Assembly (NCBI GenBank): GCA_963822945.1
Contig: CAWGJO010000004.1
Location: 64,001 to 128,000 of the forward strand
DNA from: an uncultured Gemmatimonadaceae bacterium
GTDB lineage: Bacteria > Gemmatimonadota > Gemmatimonadetes > Gemmatimonadales > Gemmatimonadaceae
DNA: 64,000 nucleotides
Direction: 5' to 3'
Every line of letters starts with the position of its first letter. The stretch's first letter is position 1. Under the pieces are notes generated by a model, which had not been told where the DNA came from, did not search any database, and saw nothing but the letters and a program-made list of their open reading frames with translations. The position numbers and the translations under genes are program-made. Below, one piece after another: positions 15,937 to 25,849 of this stretch.

Positions 15937-17962
15937 CCGGATCGGGCTCGTGCACCTGTCGCTCGCCGCGCTCGCGCTGGCCGTGATCGCGAAGGCGGGG
16001 CAGGTGCAGCTGGTGCAGGGACGGACGTGGGCGGCGCAGGCGCACAACCAGCACTTCACGAGCCGCACCGTGCCGGCACCGCGCGGCGACATTCTCGACG
16101 CGACGGGACGTACGCTCGCCGAGAGCCGGATCATGGTGCAACTCGCGGTGGCGCCGCGGGAAGTGCTCGACCGCCGTCGCCTGGCCACCGTGCTGGCCCA
16201 CGCCGGCATCGATCGCAAGTGGATCGGACGGGCCACCGACACCTCGCGCAAGTGGGTCGCCATTCCCGGGCACTTCCGCGCCACCGACGTGGCGCCGGTA
16301 ACGGCGCTGCGGGGCGTGTACACCGATCCCGTGTCCGACCGGGTGTATCCGGGCTCCGACGCCACCCGCCGCATCGTGGGCCGGGTGAACGCCGAGGGGC
16401 AGCCGGTGGACGGCATCGAACTCGCGCTCGACAGCCTGCTCCGCGGCCGGGCCGGCGTCGCGGGGATGGTGCGCGACGGCACCGGCCACAGCTTCAACTC
16501 CCCGACGCTGCCGGGCACGCCCCCGCGCGAGGGGAACACGGTGGTGCTCACGCTCAACTCCGACCTGCAGCAGATCGCCGAGCAGGCGTTGGACGAGGCC
16601 GTGGCCAAGTTGGGCGCCGACGGCGGGGACATCGTGATTCTCGACCCGGCGGACGGCGACGTGCTCGCCATGGCGAGCCACCGGCAGAATCCCCGGTCCA
16701 CCTCGGCCACTGCACTCACCGAGCCGTACGAGCCGGGATCCACCATGAAGCCGCTGATCGCCGCGGCGCTGCTGGCCCGCGGGCTGGTGACGCCCAGCGA
16801 CTCGGTGGCGACGTTCGGTGGCGAACTCACGATCAACGGGCGCACCATCCACGACGATCGGGAGGAAGGGCCGGAGCCGACGCACCTTTCGCTGGCCGAC
16901 GTGATCCGGCGGTCGAGCAATGTCGGCATCGTGCAGTTCGCCGAACGGCTCACCCCCGCCCAGGAATATCAGGCGCTGCGCGACTTCGGGTTCGGCACGC
17001 CGACCGAGATCGCCTATCCGGCGGAGAGCAACGGCATTCTTCGGCCGCCCTCGCAATGGACGTCGGAGTCGCCGAATTCGATGGCCATGGGCTACGAGAT
17101 CGCCGTCACTCCGCTGCAGCTGGCCACGGCCTACGCCGCCATCGCCAACGGCGGAGACCTGCTCCAACCGGCCATCGTCAAGGAGATCCGTTCACCCGAC
17201 GGGCGGGTGCTCTACGAGCACCATCGGCGCGTGGTGCGCCGCGTCATTCCGCCCGCCGTCGCGGCCGAGGTGCGGCAGATGCTGCTGGGCGTGGTGGAGA
17301 ACGGGACCGCGGTCAAAGCCGACCTCGCCGACTACCTGCTGGGCGGCAAGACGGGCACGCCGCGTCGCACCGTGAACGGGCGCTACGCGCCGCATGCGTA
17401 CACCCCGAACTTCGTGGGGCTCTTTCCCGGGAACGCGCCACAGTTCGTGATCGTGGTGAAACTCGACAACCCGCAGGCCGAGTACTACAGCGCGAGCACG
17501 GCGGCGCCGCTCACGAAGACGATTCTCCAGGCGGCGCTGGCGGCGCGCGACGCGGCGCTGAATCGCCGGCAACTCATGAACGACGTCGTCACCCGAGCGT
17601 CGGCGACCGACGGCCCTCGTGCACGGCTGGCGCTGGATCGGCCGGAGTCGGACTCGACGGCGGCGGTGGTGCGGGCCGAAGCGGCTGCCGCACGGGCTGC
17701 CGCCGCGGCCGACCTCGCCGCGGAGCCACCTCCCGTCACGTTCACGCTGCCGGCATCGCCCACGCCTGACCAGGCGGCACCGACGCTGCCGCCGCGCGCC
17801 GTTCCCGCCGTGGCCGGCATGCCGTTGCGCGACGCCGTGCGCACCCTGCACGATGCGGGGTTCCGCGTCCGGCTCGTGCGCGGCACCCCGGTGGCGACGG
17901 TGCCGGCCGCCGGCGCCATGGCGGGGGCCGGGTCGACGGTCGTCCTGCGGTACGACTTCTGA
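15923..17962 (+). CDS. ftsI: Class B penicillin-binding protein FtsI/PBP3 with C-terminal PASTA-like domain
   Basis: RGDILD, DGIE, SxxK (GSTMK), SxN (SSN), KTG; C-terminal VPAVAGMPLRDAVRTL; position in the dcw cluster. Confidence 0.92.
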   Translation: MIRNSRIGLVHLSLAALALAVIAKAGQVQLVQGRTWAAQAHNQHFTSRTVPAPRGDILDATGRTLAESRIMVQLAVAPREVLDRRRLATVLAHAGIDRKWIGRATDTSRKWVAIPGHFRATDVAPVTALRGVYTDPVSDRVYPGSDATRRIVGRVNAEGQPVDGIELALDSLLRGRAGVAGMVRDGTGHSFNSPTLPGTPPREGNTVVLTLNSDLQQIAEQALDEAVAKLGADGGDIVILDPADGDVLAMASHRQNPRSTSATALTEPYEPGSTMKPLIAAALLARGLVTPSDSVATFGGELTINGRTIHDDREEGPEPTHLSLADVIRRSSNVGIVQFAERLTPAQEYQALRDFGFGTPTEIAYPAESNGILRPPSQWTSESPNSMAMGYEIAVTPLQLATAYAAIANGGDLLQPAIVKEIRSPDGRVLYEHHRRVVRRVIPPAVAAEVRQMLLGVVENGTAVKADLADYLLGGKTGTPRRTVNGRYAPHAYTPNFVGLFPGNAPQFVIVVKLDNPQAEYYSASTAAPLTKTILQAALAARDAALNRRQLMNDVVTRASATDGPRARLALDRPESDSTAAVVRAEAAAARAAAAADLAAEPPPVTFTLPASPTPDQAAPTLPPRAVPAVAGMPLRDAVRTLHDAGFRVRLVRGTPVATVPAAGAMAGAGSTVVLRYDF

Positions 17963-19434
17963 TGGCGGTCGCCTCCGAAACCATCGTTCGCGTTCTGCGC
18001 GAGGCGGGAATGTTGGCCGGCACCCGCGGCCACCTGCCGGACAGCTTCGCCGGGATCACGGACGACAGCCGTCGCGTGCCTCGCCAGGGTCTGTTCCTGG
18101 CGGTGCGGGGGTCGCTTCGCGACGGGCACGACTTCCTGGACGCGGCGCGCGAGGCCGGCGCCTCCGCCGCGCTGGTCGAGGATCCCACTCGCACCGAGCT
18201 GCCTGCGATCATCGTGCGCGAGGGCACGGGGCGGCGGGCCGCCGCCGTGGCGGCCGCCGCGGCATACGACTGGCCGGCGCGCGGGCTGCGGTTCGTCGGC
18301 GTCACCGGGACCAACGGCAAGACGACCACGGTGCACATGCTGCGGCACCTGCTGGATGATGTCGACGCCCTCAGCGCCTCGATCGGCACGCTCGGGGTCC
18401 GCGTCGGCAGTGCCGGCGAGCCGCTCGACGGCGGATCGGGGCTCACGACGCCGGGCCCCGTGGAGTTGCAACGGGTCTGCCGGTCGCTGGTGGACGCGGG
18501 GGTGCGCGCGGTGGCGATGGAGATGTCGTCGCACGCGCTCGACCAGCACCGGGCCGAGGGCATCACGTTCGACGCCGCGGTGTTCACGAATCTCACGCGC
18601 GACCATCTGGACTACCACGGCACCATGGAGGCGTACTTCCAGGCGAAGGCCCTGCTGGCCGAGCAGGTGGCGGCGGATGGGGTGGTGGTCGTCAACGCCG
18701 ACGACCCGGCGTGGGAGGCGCTGCGGCCGCCGGCGCGGCTGGTTCGCTTCTCCGCGGCCGGCGCGGTGGCCGAAGTGCGGGCCATGGACATCGAGGCGGG
18801 TCCGCGGGGCAGTGGGTTCGTGCTCGCCATCGGCGCCGAGCAGCACCGCGTGGAACTTCCACTGATCGGCGATTTCAACGTGGCCAACGCCGCGGGGGCC
18901 GCGGCAGCGGCATGGGCACTTGGCGAACGGCCCTCCGTCATCGCCGAGCGCCTGTCGTCGATGCCTCAGGTGCCCGGCCGGTTGGAACTGCTCGCCCACC
19001 GGCCGCTGGTGCTGCGGGACTACAGCCACACGCCCGACTCGCTCATGCGGGCCCTGGCGGCGCTGCGCCCATTCACGGCGGGGCGGTTGATCTGCGTGTT
19101 CGGCGCGGGTGGCGATCGCGACCGGGGCAAGCGGCCACTCATGGGCGCGGTGGTGGACCGGGGTGCCGACGTCGTGGTGGTGACGAGCGACAACCCGCGC
19201 ACGGAGGATCCCGAACGCATCATCGACGAGGTCGTGGCCGGAATCGCGCGCAGCGACTACGTTCGCATCGCGGACCGGCGCGAGGCCATCGCGCATGCCC
19301 TCTCGGAGGCTCGCGCCGGCGACGTGGTGCTTCTGGCCGGCAAGGGGCACGAGACGTATCAGGTCATCGGCACCACCAACGTTCCCTTCGACGAGAAAGC
19401 GATCGTGCACGAACTGCTGGGCTCGGCGGCATGA
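17962..19434 (+). CDS. murE: UDP-MurNAc-L-Ala-D-Glu--meso-DAP ligase MurE
   Basis: GVTGTNGKTT, LTTP, MEMSSH, FTNLTRDHLDYH, DYSHTPD, GGDRDRGKR, DNPR (mDAP-type), AGKGHE. Confidence 0.96.
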   Translation: MAVASETIVRVLREAGMLAGTRGHLPDSFAGITDDSRRVPRQGLFLAVRGSLRDGHDFLDAAREAGASAALVEDPTRTELPAIIVREGTGRRAAAVAAAAAYDWPARGLRFVGVTGTNGKTTTVHMLRHLLDDVDALSASIGTLGVRVGSAGEPLDGGSGLTTPGPVELQRVCRSLVDAGVRAVAMEMSSHALDQHRAEGITFDAAVFTNLTRDHLDYHGTMEAYFQAKALLAEQVAADGVVVVNADDPAWEALRPPARLVRFSAAGAVAEVRAMDIEAGPRGSGFVLAIGAEQHRVELPLIGDFNVANAAGAAAAAWALGERPSVIAERLSSMPQVPGRLELLAHRPLVLRDYSHTPDSLMRALAALRPFTAGRLICVFGAGGDRDRGKRPLMGAVVDRGADVVVVTSDNPRTEDPERIIDEVVAGIARSDYVRIADRREAIAHALSEARAGDVVLLAGKGHETYQVIGTTNVPFDEKAIVHELLGSAA

Positions 19435-20837
19435 GCATCGATGTGCGGGCACCCGAACGGCGGGAACCGCCCGCGTCGGCCCCGGTGTTCTGGACACGAG
19501 ACCGCGTGGCGGCCGCGCTCGGGCAGGGGCCGGGGGGCGACGGCCGCTTTGGCCGCGTCTGGACCGATACGCGGACCGTGCAGCGGGCCGATCTCTTCGT
19601 GGCGCTGCGGGGCCCGAACTTCGACGGCCACGACTTCCTGCAGGCGGCGGTGGACGCCGGCGCCGGGGGCGTCGTGGTCTCGGACGCCAGGCGCGGCGCG
19701 AATCTCGGGGTGCCGGTCTACGTCGTGGCCGACACGACGGAGGCGCTCGGCGCGCTGGCGCGGTTCCGACGACGCGTCTGGAGTGGACCGGTGATCGGCG
19801 TGGTCGGCTCCAACGGGAAGACCAGCACCCGGGCGCTGCTGCAGGCCGCGCTCGAGTCGCGGCTCGAAGTGCACGCGTCGGCCGCGAACTTCAACAACCT
19901 CATCGGCGTGCCGCTCACGCTGCTGGCGCTCCCCGACCACGCCGACGTGGCCGTGGTCGAGATGGGCACCAATCATCCGGGAGAGATCGCCACGCTGCGC
20001 GTGATCGCCGAACCCGACATCGTCGTCGTGACGTCGGTGGCCGAGGAGCACCTGGAGGGACTCGGGGATCTGGCCGGCGTCATGCACGAGGAGCTTTCGG
20101 CGTGCGATGGCGTGCCGCTGGCCATCGTGCCGGCCTCGCAACCCGACGTCGTCGCGGAGGCGCGGCGCCGGGCGGGCAGAACGCTGTCGGCCGGGGTGGA
20201 GGCGGGCGACTGGCGGGCCGACGACTGGAGCCTCGATGCGGACGGATTCGGGAGGGCCCGGGTGGGCGCCGTGGAGGTGACCCCCCCGGCGCGGGGCGCG
20301 CACCACCTGCGCAACGCGATGCTGGCGCTGGCAGCGGCCGACGCCTGCGGCGTGTCCGCCGAGGACGCGGCGCGTGGGCTGGCCGGCGCCCGCATGCCCG
20401 CCATGCGCGGCACCGTCGAGCCCCTTGGCCGGGCGTTGCTCGTGAACGACGCCTACAACGCCAATCCGGCGTCCGTGCTGGCGGGCCTCGAGTTGCTGTC
20501 GCGCATGGGGCAGGGACGGCAGCGCGTCGCCGTACTGGGCTCGATGCTCGAGATGGGCGCGCATTCGGCACGGGTGCACGACACCGTGGCGCGGGCGGCG
20601 CTCGACTCACCAGTGGAGTTGCTCGTCGGCATCGGCGAGTTCGCCGCCGCCTTCGATCGTGCCGGAGCGGCCCCCTCGCGCGTCATCACAGCGTCGGACG
20701 TGCCTTCGGCGTGGACGGCGCTGGCGCCCCGGCTCCGACCCGACGCCGCCATCCTGCTCAAGGGATCGCGAGGGGGGCGGCTGGAGCGGATGGCGCCGTT
20801 GGTTGCCGCGTGGGCGGCGGAGATTCAACGACAGTAG
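19431..20837 (+). CDS. murF: UDP-MurNAc-tripeptide--D-Ala-D-Ala ligase MurF
   Basis: DTR, FDGHDF, GSNGKTST, NFNNLIGVPLTL, EMGTNHPGEI, NDAYNANPAS, LGSMLEMG, LLKGSRG. Confidence 0.95.
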   Translation: MSIDVRAPERREPPASAPVFWTRDRVAAALGQGPGGDGRFGRVWTDTRTVQRADLFVALRGPNFDGHDFLQAAVDAGAGGVVVSDARRGANLGVPVYVVADTTEALGALARFRRRVWSGPVIGVVGSNGKTSTRALLQAALESRLEVHASAANFNNLIGVPLTLLALPDHADVAVVEMGTNHPGEIATLRVIAEPDIVVVTSVAEEHLEGLGDLAGVMHEELSACDGVPLAIVPASQPDVVAEARRRAGRTLSAGVEAGDWRADDWSLDADGFGRARVGAVEVTPPARGAHHLRNAMLALAAADACGVSAEDAARGLAGARMPAMRGTVEPLGRALLVNDAYNANPASVLAGLELLSRMGQGRQRVAVLGSMLEMGAHSARVHDTVARAALDSPVELLVGIGEFAAAFDRAGAAPSRVITASDVPSAWTALAPRLRPDAAILLKGSRGGRLERMAPLVAAWAAEIQRQ

Positions 20838-20865
20838 GGCGGTAGGTCAGTAGGTTGGTAGGTCG
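20834..20865 (+). repeat. Intergenic 8-bp tandem repeat, 4 copies of GTAGGKYR
   Basis: gtagggcg gtaggtca gtaggttg gtaggtcg, beginning at the murF stop. Confidence 0.7.
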
Positions 20866-20938
20866 GTGCCTCCGCAGCCACGCATCCGCCCCGCGCCGAC
20901 CAGTTCACCGTTTCATCACCGCGATCTCACCCGAACAC

Positions 20939-22084
20939 GTGCTCTACCACTTCCTGGTTCCGCTCATCCACCGGTTCAGAGTCCTGAACCTGTTCACGTA
21001 CATCACGTTCCGCGCGGCCGGCGCGGCGGTGACGGCGCTCGTCCTGGCGTTCATCGTGGGCCCGATGATCATCAACCGGCTGCGCCGCCGCGAGGTGACG
21101 CAGACGGTGCGCGAAGGGACGCCGGACTCGCACGCCGGCAAGGGGCACACGCCGACGATGGGCGGGCTGATCATTCTCTTCTCCGCAATCGTGTCGACGC
21201 TGCTCTGGGCGCGGCTGAGCAGCCGGTACATCTGGCTGGCGCTCGCCGTCACCGCCGCCATGGGGGGCATCGGGCTGCTGGACGACGTGCTCAAGCTGCA
21301 CCAGAAGCGCGCCGGCAAGAAGAATCTCGGCCTGGTGGAGCGGTACAAGCTGGCGGGGCAGGTGACCATCGGCCTGCTGCTGGGGCTGTACGTGTGGCAG
21401 TTCCCGCTCGCCCCCGATCTTCCGGGCGCTTCCACCACACTCCCCTTCTTCAAGTACGTCCTGGTGGTGCCGATCTCGGCGGGCTTCGCGTGGCTGTACG
21501 TCGTGTTCACGACGTTCGTGCTCACGGGGGTGAGCAACGCGGTCAACCTCACGGACGGTCTCGACGGACTGGCGGCGGGGCTCTCGGCGATCGCGTTCTC
21601 GTCGTTTGCCGTGTTCGCCTACGCCATCGGGCGTGTGGACTGGAGCCACTATCTCGGGTTGTTCTATCTTGCCGACTCCGGCGAGCTGACGGTGTTCTGT
21701 ACGGCGATCGTGGGCGCCCTGCTGGCCTTCCTCTGGTTCAATACGCATCCCGCCGAGATCTTCATGGGCGACACCGGGTCGCTGGCGCTTGGCGGCGGGC
21801 TCGGCGCGGTGGCCATTCTGCTCAAGTCCGAGTTCCTGCTGGTGTTCATCGGCGGAGTGTTCATGTGCGAGACGTTGTCGGTGATGATCCAGCGCAGCGT
21901 GTTCAAGTACCGGCGCCGGCGATACGGGGTGGAATACGCGAGGACGCACCGGGTCTTCCTGCGCGCGCCCATCCATCATCACTTCGAGTTGAAGGGCTGG
22001 CCGGAGACGCAGGTGGTGGTCCGATTCTGGATTCTCGGGCTGCTGTGCACGTTCCTGGCGCTGGCCACGCTCAAGGTGCGGTGA
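20939..22084 (+). CDS. mraY: Phospho-MurNAc-pentapeptide transferase MraY
   Basis: KGHTPTMGG, GLLDD, SNAVNLTDGLDGL, FMGDTGS, APIHHHFE; multiple TM segments. GTG start at 20939. Confidence 0.96.
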   Translation: MLYHFLVPLIHRFRVLNLFTYITFRAAGAAVTALVLAFIVGPMIINRLRRREVTQTVREGTPDSHAGKGHTPTMGGLIILFSAIVSTLLWARLSSRYIWLALAVTAAMGGIGLLDDVLKLHQKRAGKKNLGLVERYKLAGQVTIGLLLGLYVWQFPLAPDLPGASTTLPFFKYVLVVPISAGFAWLYVVFTTFVLTGVSNAVNLTDGLDGLAAGLSAIAFSSFAVFAYAIGRVDWSHYLGLFYLADSGELTVFCTAIVGALLAFLWFNTHPAEIFMGDTGSLALGGGLGAVAILLKSEFLLVFIGGVFMCETLSVMIQRSVFKYRRRRYGVEYARTHRVFLRAPIHHHFELKGWPETQVVVRFWILGLLCTFLALATLKVR

Positions 22085-22091
22085 GCCGTTC

Positions 22092-23485
22092 ATGACGCGG
22101 AACGTTGGAGTGGCCGCGGAGTTCGGTTGGCTGCGCGGCGAAGTCGCGGTGGTCGGGCTGGCGCGGAGCGGGGTGGCCGTGAGCCGGCTGCTGGCCCGGC
22201 AGGGCGGAACCGTATACGCCTCCGATGCGGGTGAGGGGCGGGCTCTCCAGGAGGCCGCGCAGTCGCTGCGGGCCGAGGGCGTGGCGGTGGACGTCGGCGG
22301 TCACGACCTCGAGCGCATCGCCGGCGCGTCGCTCGTGGTGACCAGCCCCGGCGTGCCGCCAGACGCGCCCCCCATCGCGCGCGCGCGGCGGGAAGGAGTG
22401 CCGGTGGTGAGCGAGGTGGAGATCGGCCTGCGGTTCCTGCCCGCGCTCCGCTACATCGCGATCACCGGCACCAACGGCAAGACGACCACTACGTCGCTGG
22501 TCGCGCACCTGTTGCGATCGATGGGGCTCCGGGCGGAGGCGGCCGGGAACATCGGACGCCCGCTCAGCGAGTTGGCCCTCTCCCCGATCCGGCGCCGTGG
22601 GTGGCGCTGGAGGTGTCGTCGTTTCAGCTGCACGACACGCCGGGGATCGCGCCCGACGTGGGGGTGCTCACCAATCTGTCGGGCAATCACCTGGACCGGT
22701 ACGCCAGCGTGGAGGCGTACTACGCCGACAAGGCGCTGCTGTTCCAGAACGCGACGCCGCGCGCCACGTGGGTGGTCAATGGCGACGACGTCGCCGCGCA
22801 GGCCATGACGTGGGACGTGGCGGGGCTGCGCACGGAGTTCTCGACCGCGCATCCGGCCGACGCCCATTACGATCGCGAGGCGGATCAGTTGGTGGTGCTA
22901 GGAGAACCGCTGCTCGCGCGCCACGAACTGCGCCTGGTGGGGGACCACAACGTGGCCAACGCGCTGGCGGCCACGCTGGCCGTCATGCTGGCCGAACGGA
23001 GCCACCGCGCCCGGCCGGCGGTGTCGCAACTGGCGCAGGGGTTGCGCGAGTTCCGCGCGTTGGAGCATCGCATCGAGCCCGTGGCGGACATCGACGGCGT
23101 GCAGTGGATCAACGATTCGAAATCCACCAACGTGGCGTCCACACTCGTGGCGCTCCGCGGCATGGACCGCCCCACCGTGCTGCTGCTCGGTGGGCGCCAC
23201 AAGGGGGAACCGTACACGCCGCTGGCGGCCGAGCTGCGCCGGACGGTGAAGCGGGTGATCGCCTACGGGGAATCGGCGCCGCTCATCGAGAAGGATCTCC
23301 GGAAGGTGGTCCCCGTGGAACGCCTACCGGCCGGCGCCTCGTTCGAACGCGTGGTGCAGGCCGCGCGGGCGGCGGCGAAGCCCGGTAACGCGGTGTTGTT
23401 GTCGCCGGCGTGTTCCAGCTACGACATGTTCGACAACTACGAACAACGCGGAGCCGAGTTCAAGCGGCTCGCGTCGCGCCCGTGA
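22092..23485 (+). CDS. murD: UDP-MurNAc-L-Ala--D-Glu ligase MurD (one frameshift near 22583, probably a sequencing error)
   Basis: Part 1: VVGLARSG, SPGVP, ITGTNGKTTT, AGNIG. Part 2: LEVSSFQL, NHLDRY, NDSKSTN, LLSPACSSYDMF. Adding one C to the C4 run at 22582-22585 joins the frames (..LSPDPAPWVALEVSS). Confidence 0.92.
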
Positions 23486-24696
23486 CGGCATACTCCGGCC
23501 CCGACGGGTTTGCCGGTGGATCGGACGCCACGCCGGCGCGCCGGGCGGCGATGGCGAGCGGCGTGGACGTGCGCGAACGTTGGCGCATGGGGCCGGAAGC
23601 GAAGGCGCTGGTGTTCATCACCGCCGCCGTGCTCGCGTTCGGGCTCGCCGTGCTGTACAGCGCCAGCGCCATCGTGGCCATGAACGAGAACCGGTCGAGC
23701 GCCTACTTCCTGATCCGGCAGTTGGAGGGCACGGCGGTGGGCGTGGTGGCGTTCGCCATCGCCGCCAAGATGGACGCGCAGAAATGGGAGACGTGGGCCT
23801 GGCCGCTGATGTGGCTCGCGATCGTGGCGATGACGCTGGCCCTGTTCTCCCCGCGCATCCACGGCTCGCGCCGCTTCCTGTTCGGACAGTCGCTGCAGCC
23901 GTCCGAGATGGGCAAGTTCGCCGTGATCGTCTGGGTGGCGATGCTCACGGTCAAGAAGGGCGACCAGCTGCGGCATCTCACCAAGGGGATCCTCCCCTTC
24001 CTGCTCGTGATCGGGCTGCTCGACGTGCTGGCGGTGCTCGAGCCCGACCTGTCGGTAGCCATGCTGTACACGCTCCTGATGGCCGTGATCCTGTACGCCG
24101 GCGGTGCGCGGATCGGCCACTTCGTGGCCATCGGCGTGGTGGCGACGCCGCTGCTCTGGTCGCGCGTCGAGAAGCTGCAATACGCCATTCTGCGACTGAC
24201 GAGCTTCTTCGACCCCGGCTCGGCGCCGGCCACGGTGAGCTACCAGTTGCAGCAGTCGCTGGTGGCCGTGGGATCGGGCCGTCTGTTCGGCGTGGGGTTC
24301 GGGCAGGGGCGGCAGCAGTACGGATTCCTTCCCTTCCCGTACAGCGATTTCATCGCCAGCAACATCGGCGAGGAGTGGGGCTTTCTGGGACTGGCGGCGA
24401 TCACGCTGGCGTTCGCGGCGTTCGGGCTGTTCGGATTCCGCATCGCGCGACAGGCCAGATCGCCGTTCCTGCAACTGGTGGCCGTGGGGCTGACCTTCGT
24501 CACGGTGCTCACGGCACTGCTGCATGTGGGCGTCGTGGTGGGCTTGCTGCCCACCACGGGGCTCACGCTGCCGTTCGTGTCGTACGGCCGCTCGAATCTC
24601 GTCCTCACGCTGTTCACCACCGGGGTGCTGGTGAACATCGGCAGCACCAAGGAACGCGTGTACGGTGCGAACGCCACCAACCCGCTGGGCGAGTAG
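23482..24696 (+). CDS. ftsW: Peptidoglycan glycosyltransferase FtsW (SEDS)
   Basis: LYSAS, GSRR, LQPSEMGK, EPDLS, YQLQQS..GSG..GVGFGQGRQ, SDFI..IGEEWG, PTTGLTLPFVSYG. Start may be ATG 23551. Confidence 0.93.
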   Translation: MTAYSGPDGFAGGSDATPARRAAMASGVDVRERWRMGPEAKALVFITAAVLAFGLAVLYSASAIVAMNENRSSAYFLIRQLEGTAVGVVAFAIAAKMDAQKWETWAWPLMWLAIVAMTLALFSPRIHGSRRFLFGQSLQPSEMGKFAVIVWVAMLTVKKGDQLRHLTKGILPFLLVIGLLDVLAVLEPDLSVAMLYTLLMAVILYAGGARIGHFVAIGVVATPLLWSRVEKLQYAILRLTSFFDPGSAPATVSYQLQQSLVAVGSGRLFGVGFGQGRQQYGFLPFPYSDFIASNIGEEWGFLGLAAITLAFAAFGLFGFRIARQARSPFLQLVAVGLTFVTVLTALLHVGVVVGLLPTTGLTLPFVSYGRSNLVLTLFTTGVLVNIGSTKERVYGANATNPLGE

Positions 24697-24700
24697 CGGC

Positions 24701-25810
24701 ATGCGGGTGATCTTCGCCGGCGGCGGCACCGGGGGCCACCTGTACCCGGGGCTGGCGATCGCCCGCGCGCTGGTGCGCCTGCGTCCCGATATCGAACCGT
24801 TCTTCGTGGGGGCGCTCCGTGGCATCGAGCGCGAGGTGCTGCCGAAAGCGGAATTCCCGTATCAACTGCTCGATCTGCAGCCGCTGCACCGGCGGTCGCC
24901 GTGGAAGAACTGGCGCACCGTGGTGAGCGCGGTGACCGTGTGGCGGAAGATCGGCAAGCTGGTAAAGGAGCAGCGGCCGGCACTCGTGGTGGGCACTGGC
25001 GGCTACGCGTCGGGGCTCATGCTCGAGTACGCCCGCCGTCGCCGGATTCCCATCGTGGAGCAGGTGGGGGACAGCTTTCCCGGCATCACGGCCCGGCGGT
25101 ACGCGCGGGACTGCGTGGAGGTCTACCTGACCTTTCCCGAAGCGGCGCGCTACCTGCGCGTCCGGTCGAAGTCCGTGCTCATCGACACGGGGGCGCCCAT
25201 CGATCCCCCGACCTCGATGAGTCTGTCGCGCGGCACGGCGCGCGCCAAGTGGGGCTTTCCGCGCGAGGGGGGCCACGTGGTGCTGGTGTATGGCGGCAGC
25301 CAGGGATCGCAGGCCATCAACCGTGCGGTGGCCGGCTGGCTCAACCTGGGGCTGCCGGACGACGTGTACCTCATCTGGATGACGGGGAAGGCGACGTACG
25401 GCGAGTTCGCGTCGTACGAGAGCGACCGGGTGCGGGTGCGCGAGTACCTGTCGCCCATTGCCGACGCATATGCTGCCGCGGATCTCGCCGTGGCGCGCGC
25501 CGGCTCGATGACCACCAGCGAACTGTTCGCGTGGAAGATTCCGGCGATCCTCGTGCCGCTCCCGACGGCGGCGGCGCAGCATCAGACCACGAATGCGGCG
25601 ACGCTGGAACACGCCGGCGCCGCGATTCACCTCCCCCAGCACCAGTTGACCGGCCCAAAGCTGCACGAACTGATCGGCGGATTGCTGGCCGATCCCGAGC
25701 GGCTGGCGCGAGTTTCAGAGGGAGCGGCGCGCCGGGCGCGCCCGCGCGCCGCCGAGGATATCGCGGAACACATCATCGCGCTCGTCGATCGGCAGCCGGC
25801 GAAGGCTTGA
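24701..25810 (+). CDS. murG: Lipid II GlcNAc transferase MurG
   Basis: AGGGTGGHLYPG, GTGGYAS, YGGSQGS, ARAGSMT, HQTTNA. Confidence 0.96.
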   Translation: MRVIFAGGGTGGHLYPGLAIARALVRLRPDIEPFFVGALRGIEREVLPKAEFPYQLLDLQPLHRRSPWKNWRTVVSAVTVWRKIGKLVKEQRPALVVGTGGYASGLMLEYARRRRIPIVEQVGDSFPGITARRYARDCVEVYLTFPEAARYLRVRSKSVLIDTGAPIDPPTSMSLSRGTARAKWGFPREGGHVVLVYGGSQGSQAINRAVAGWLNLGLPDDVYLIWMTGKATYGEFASYESDRVRVREYLSPIADAYAAADLAVARAGSMTTSELFAWKIPAILVPLPTAAAQHQTTNAATLEHAGAAIHLPQHQLTGPKLHELIGGLLADPERLARVSEGAARRARPRAAEDIAEHIIALVDRQPAKA

Positions 25811-25849
25811 GTCGCGGGGCGCGCGGCGCCTATATTGCCCGCGCCTTCC

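Noticed and set aside
20834..20865. CRISPR-like array
   Set aside because: The units are 8 bp with no spacers, and there are no cas genes in the window.
22092..23485. murD as a true pseudogene or programmed frameshift
   Set aside because: It is an essential gene in an intact dcw cluster. A single missing C in a homopolymer explains the split, and no slippery heptamer is evident.
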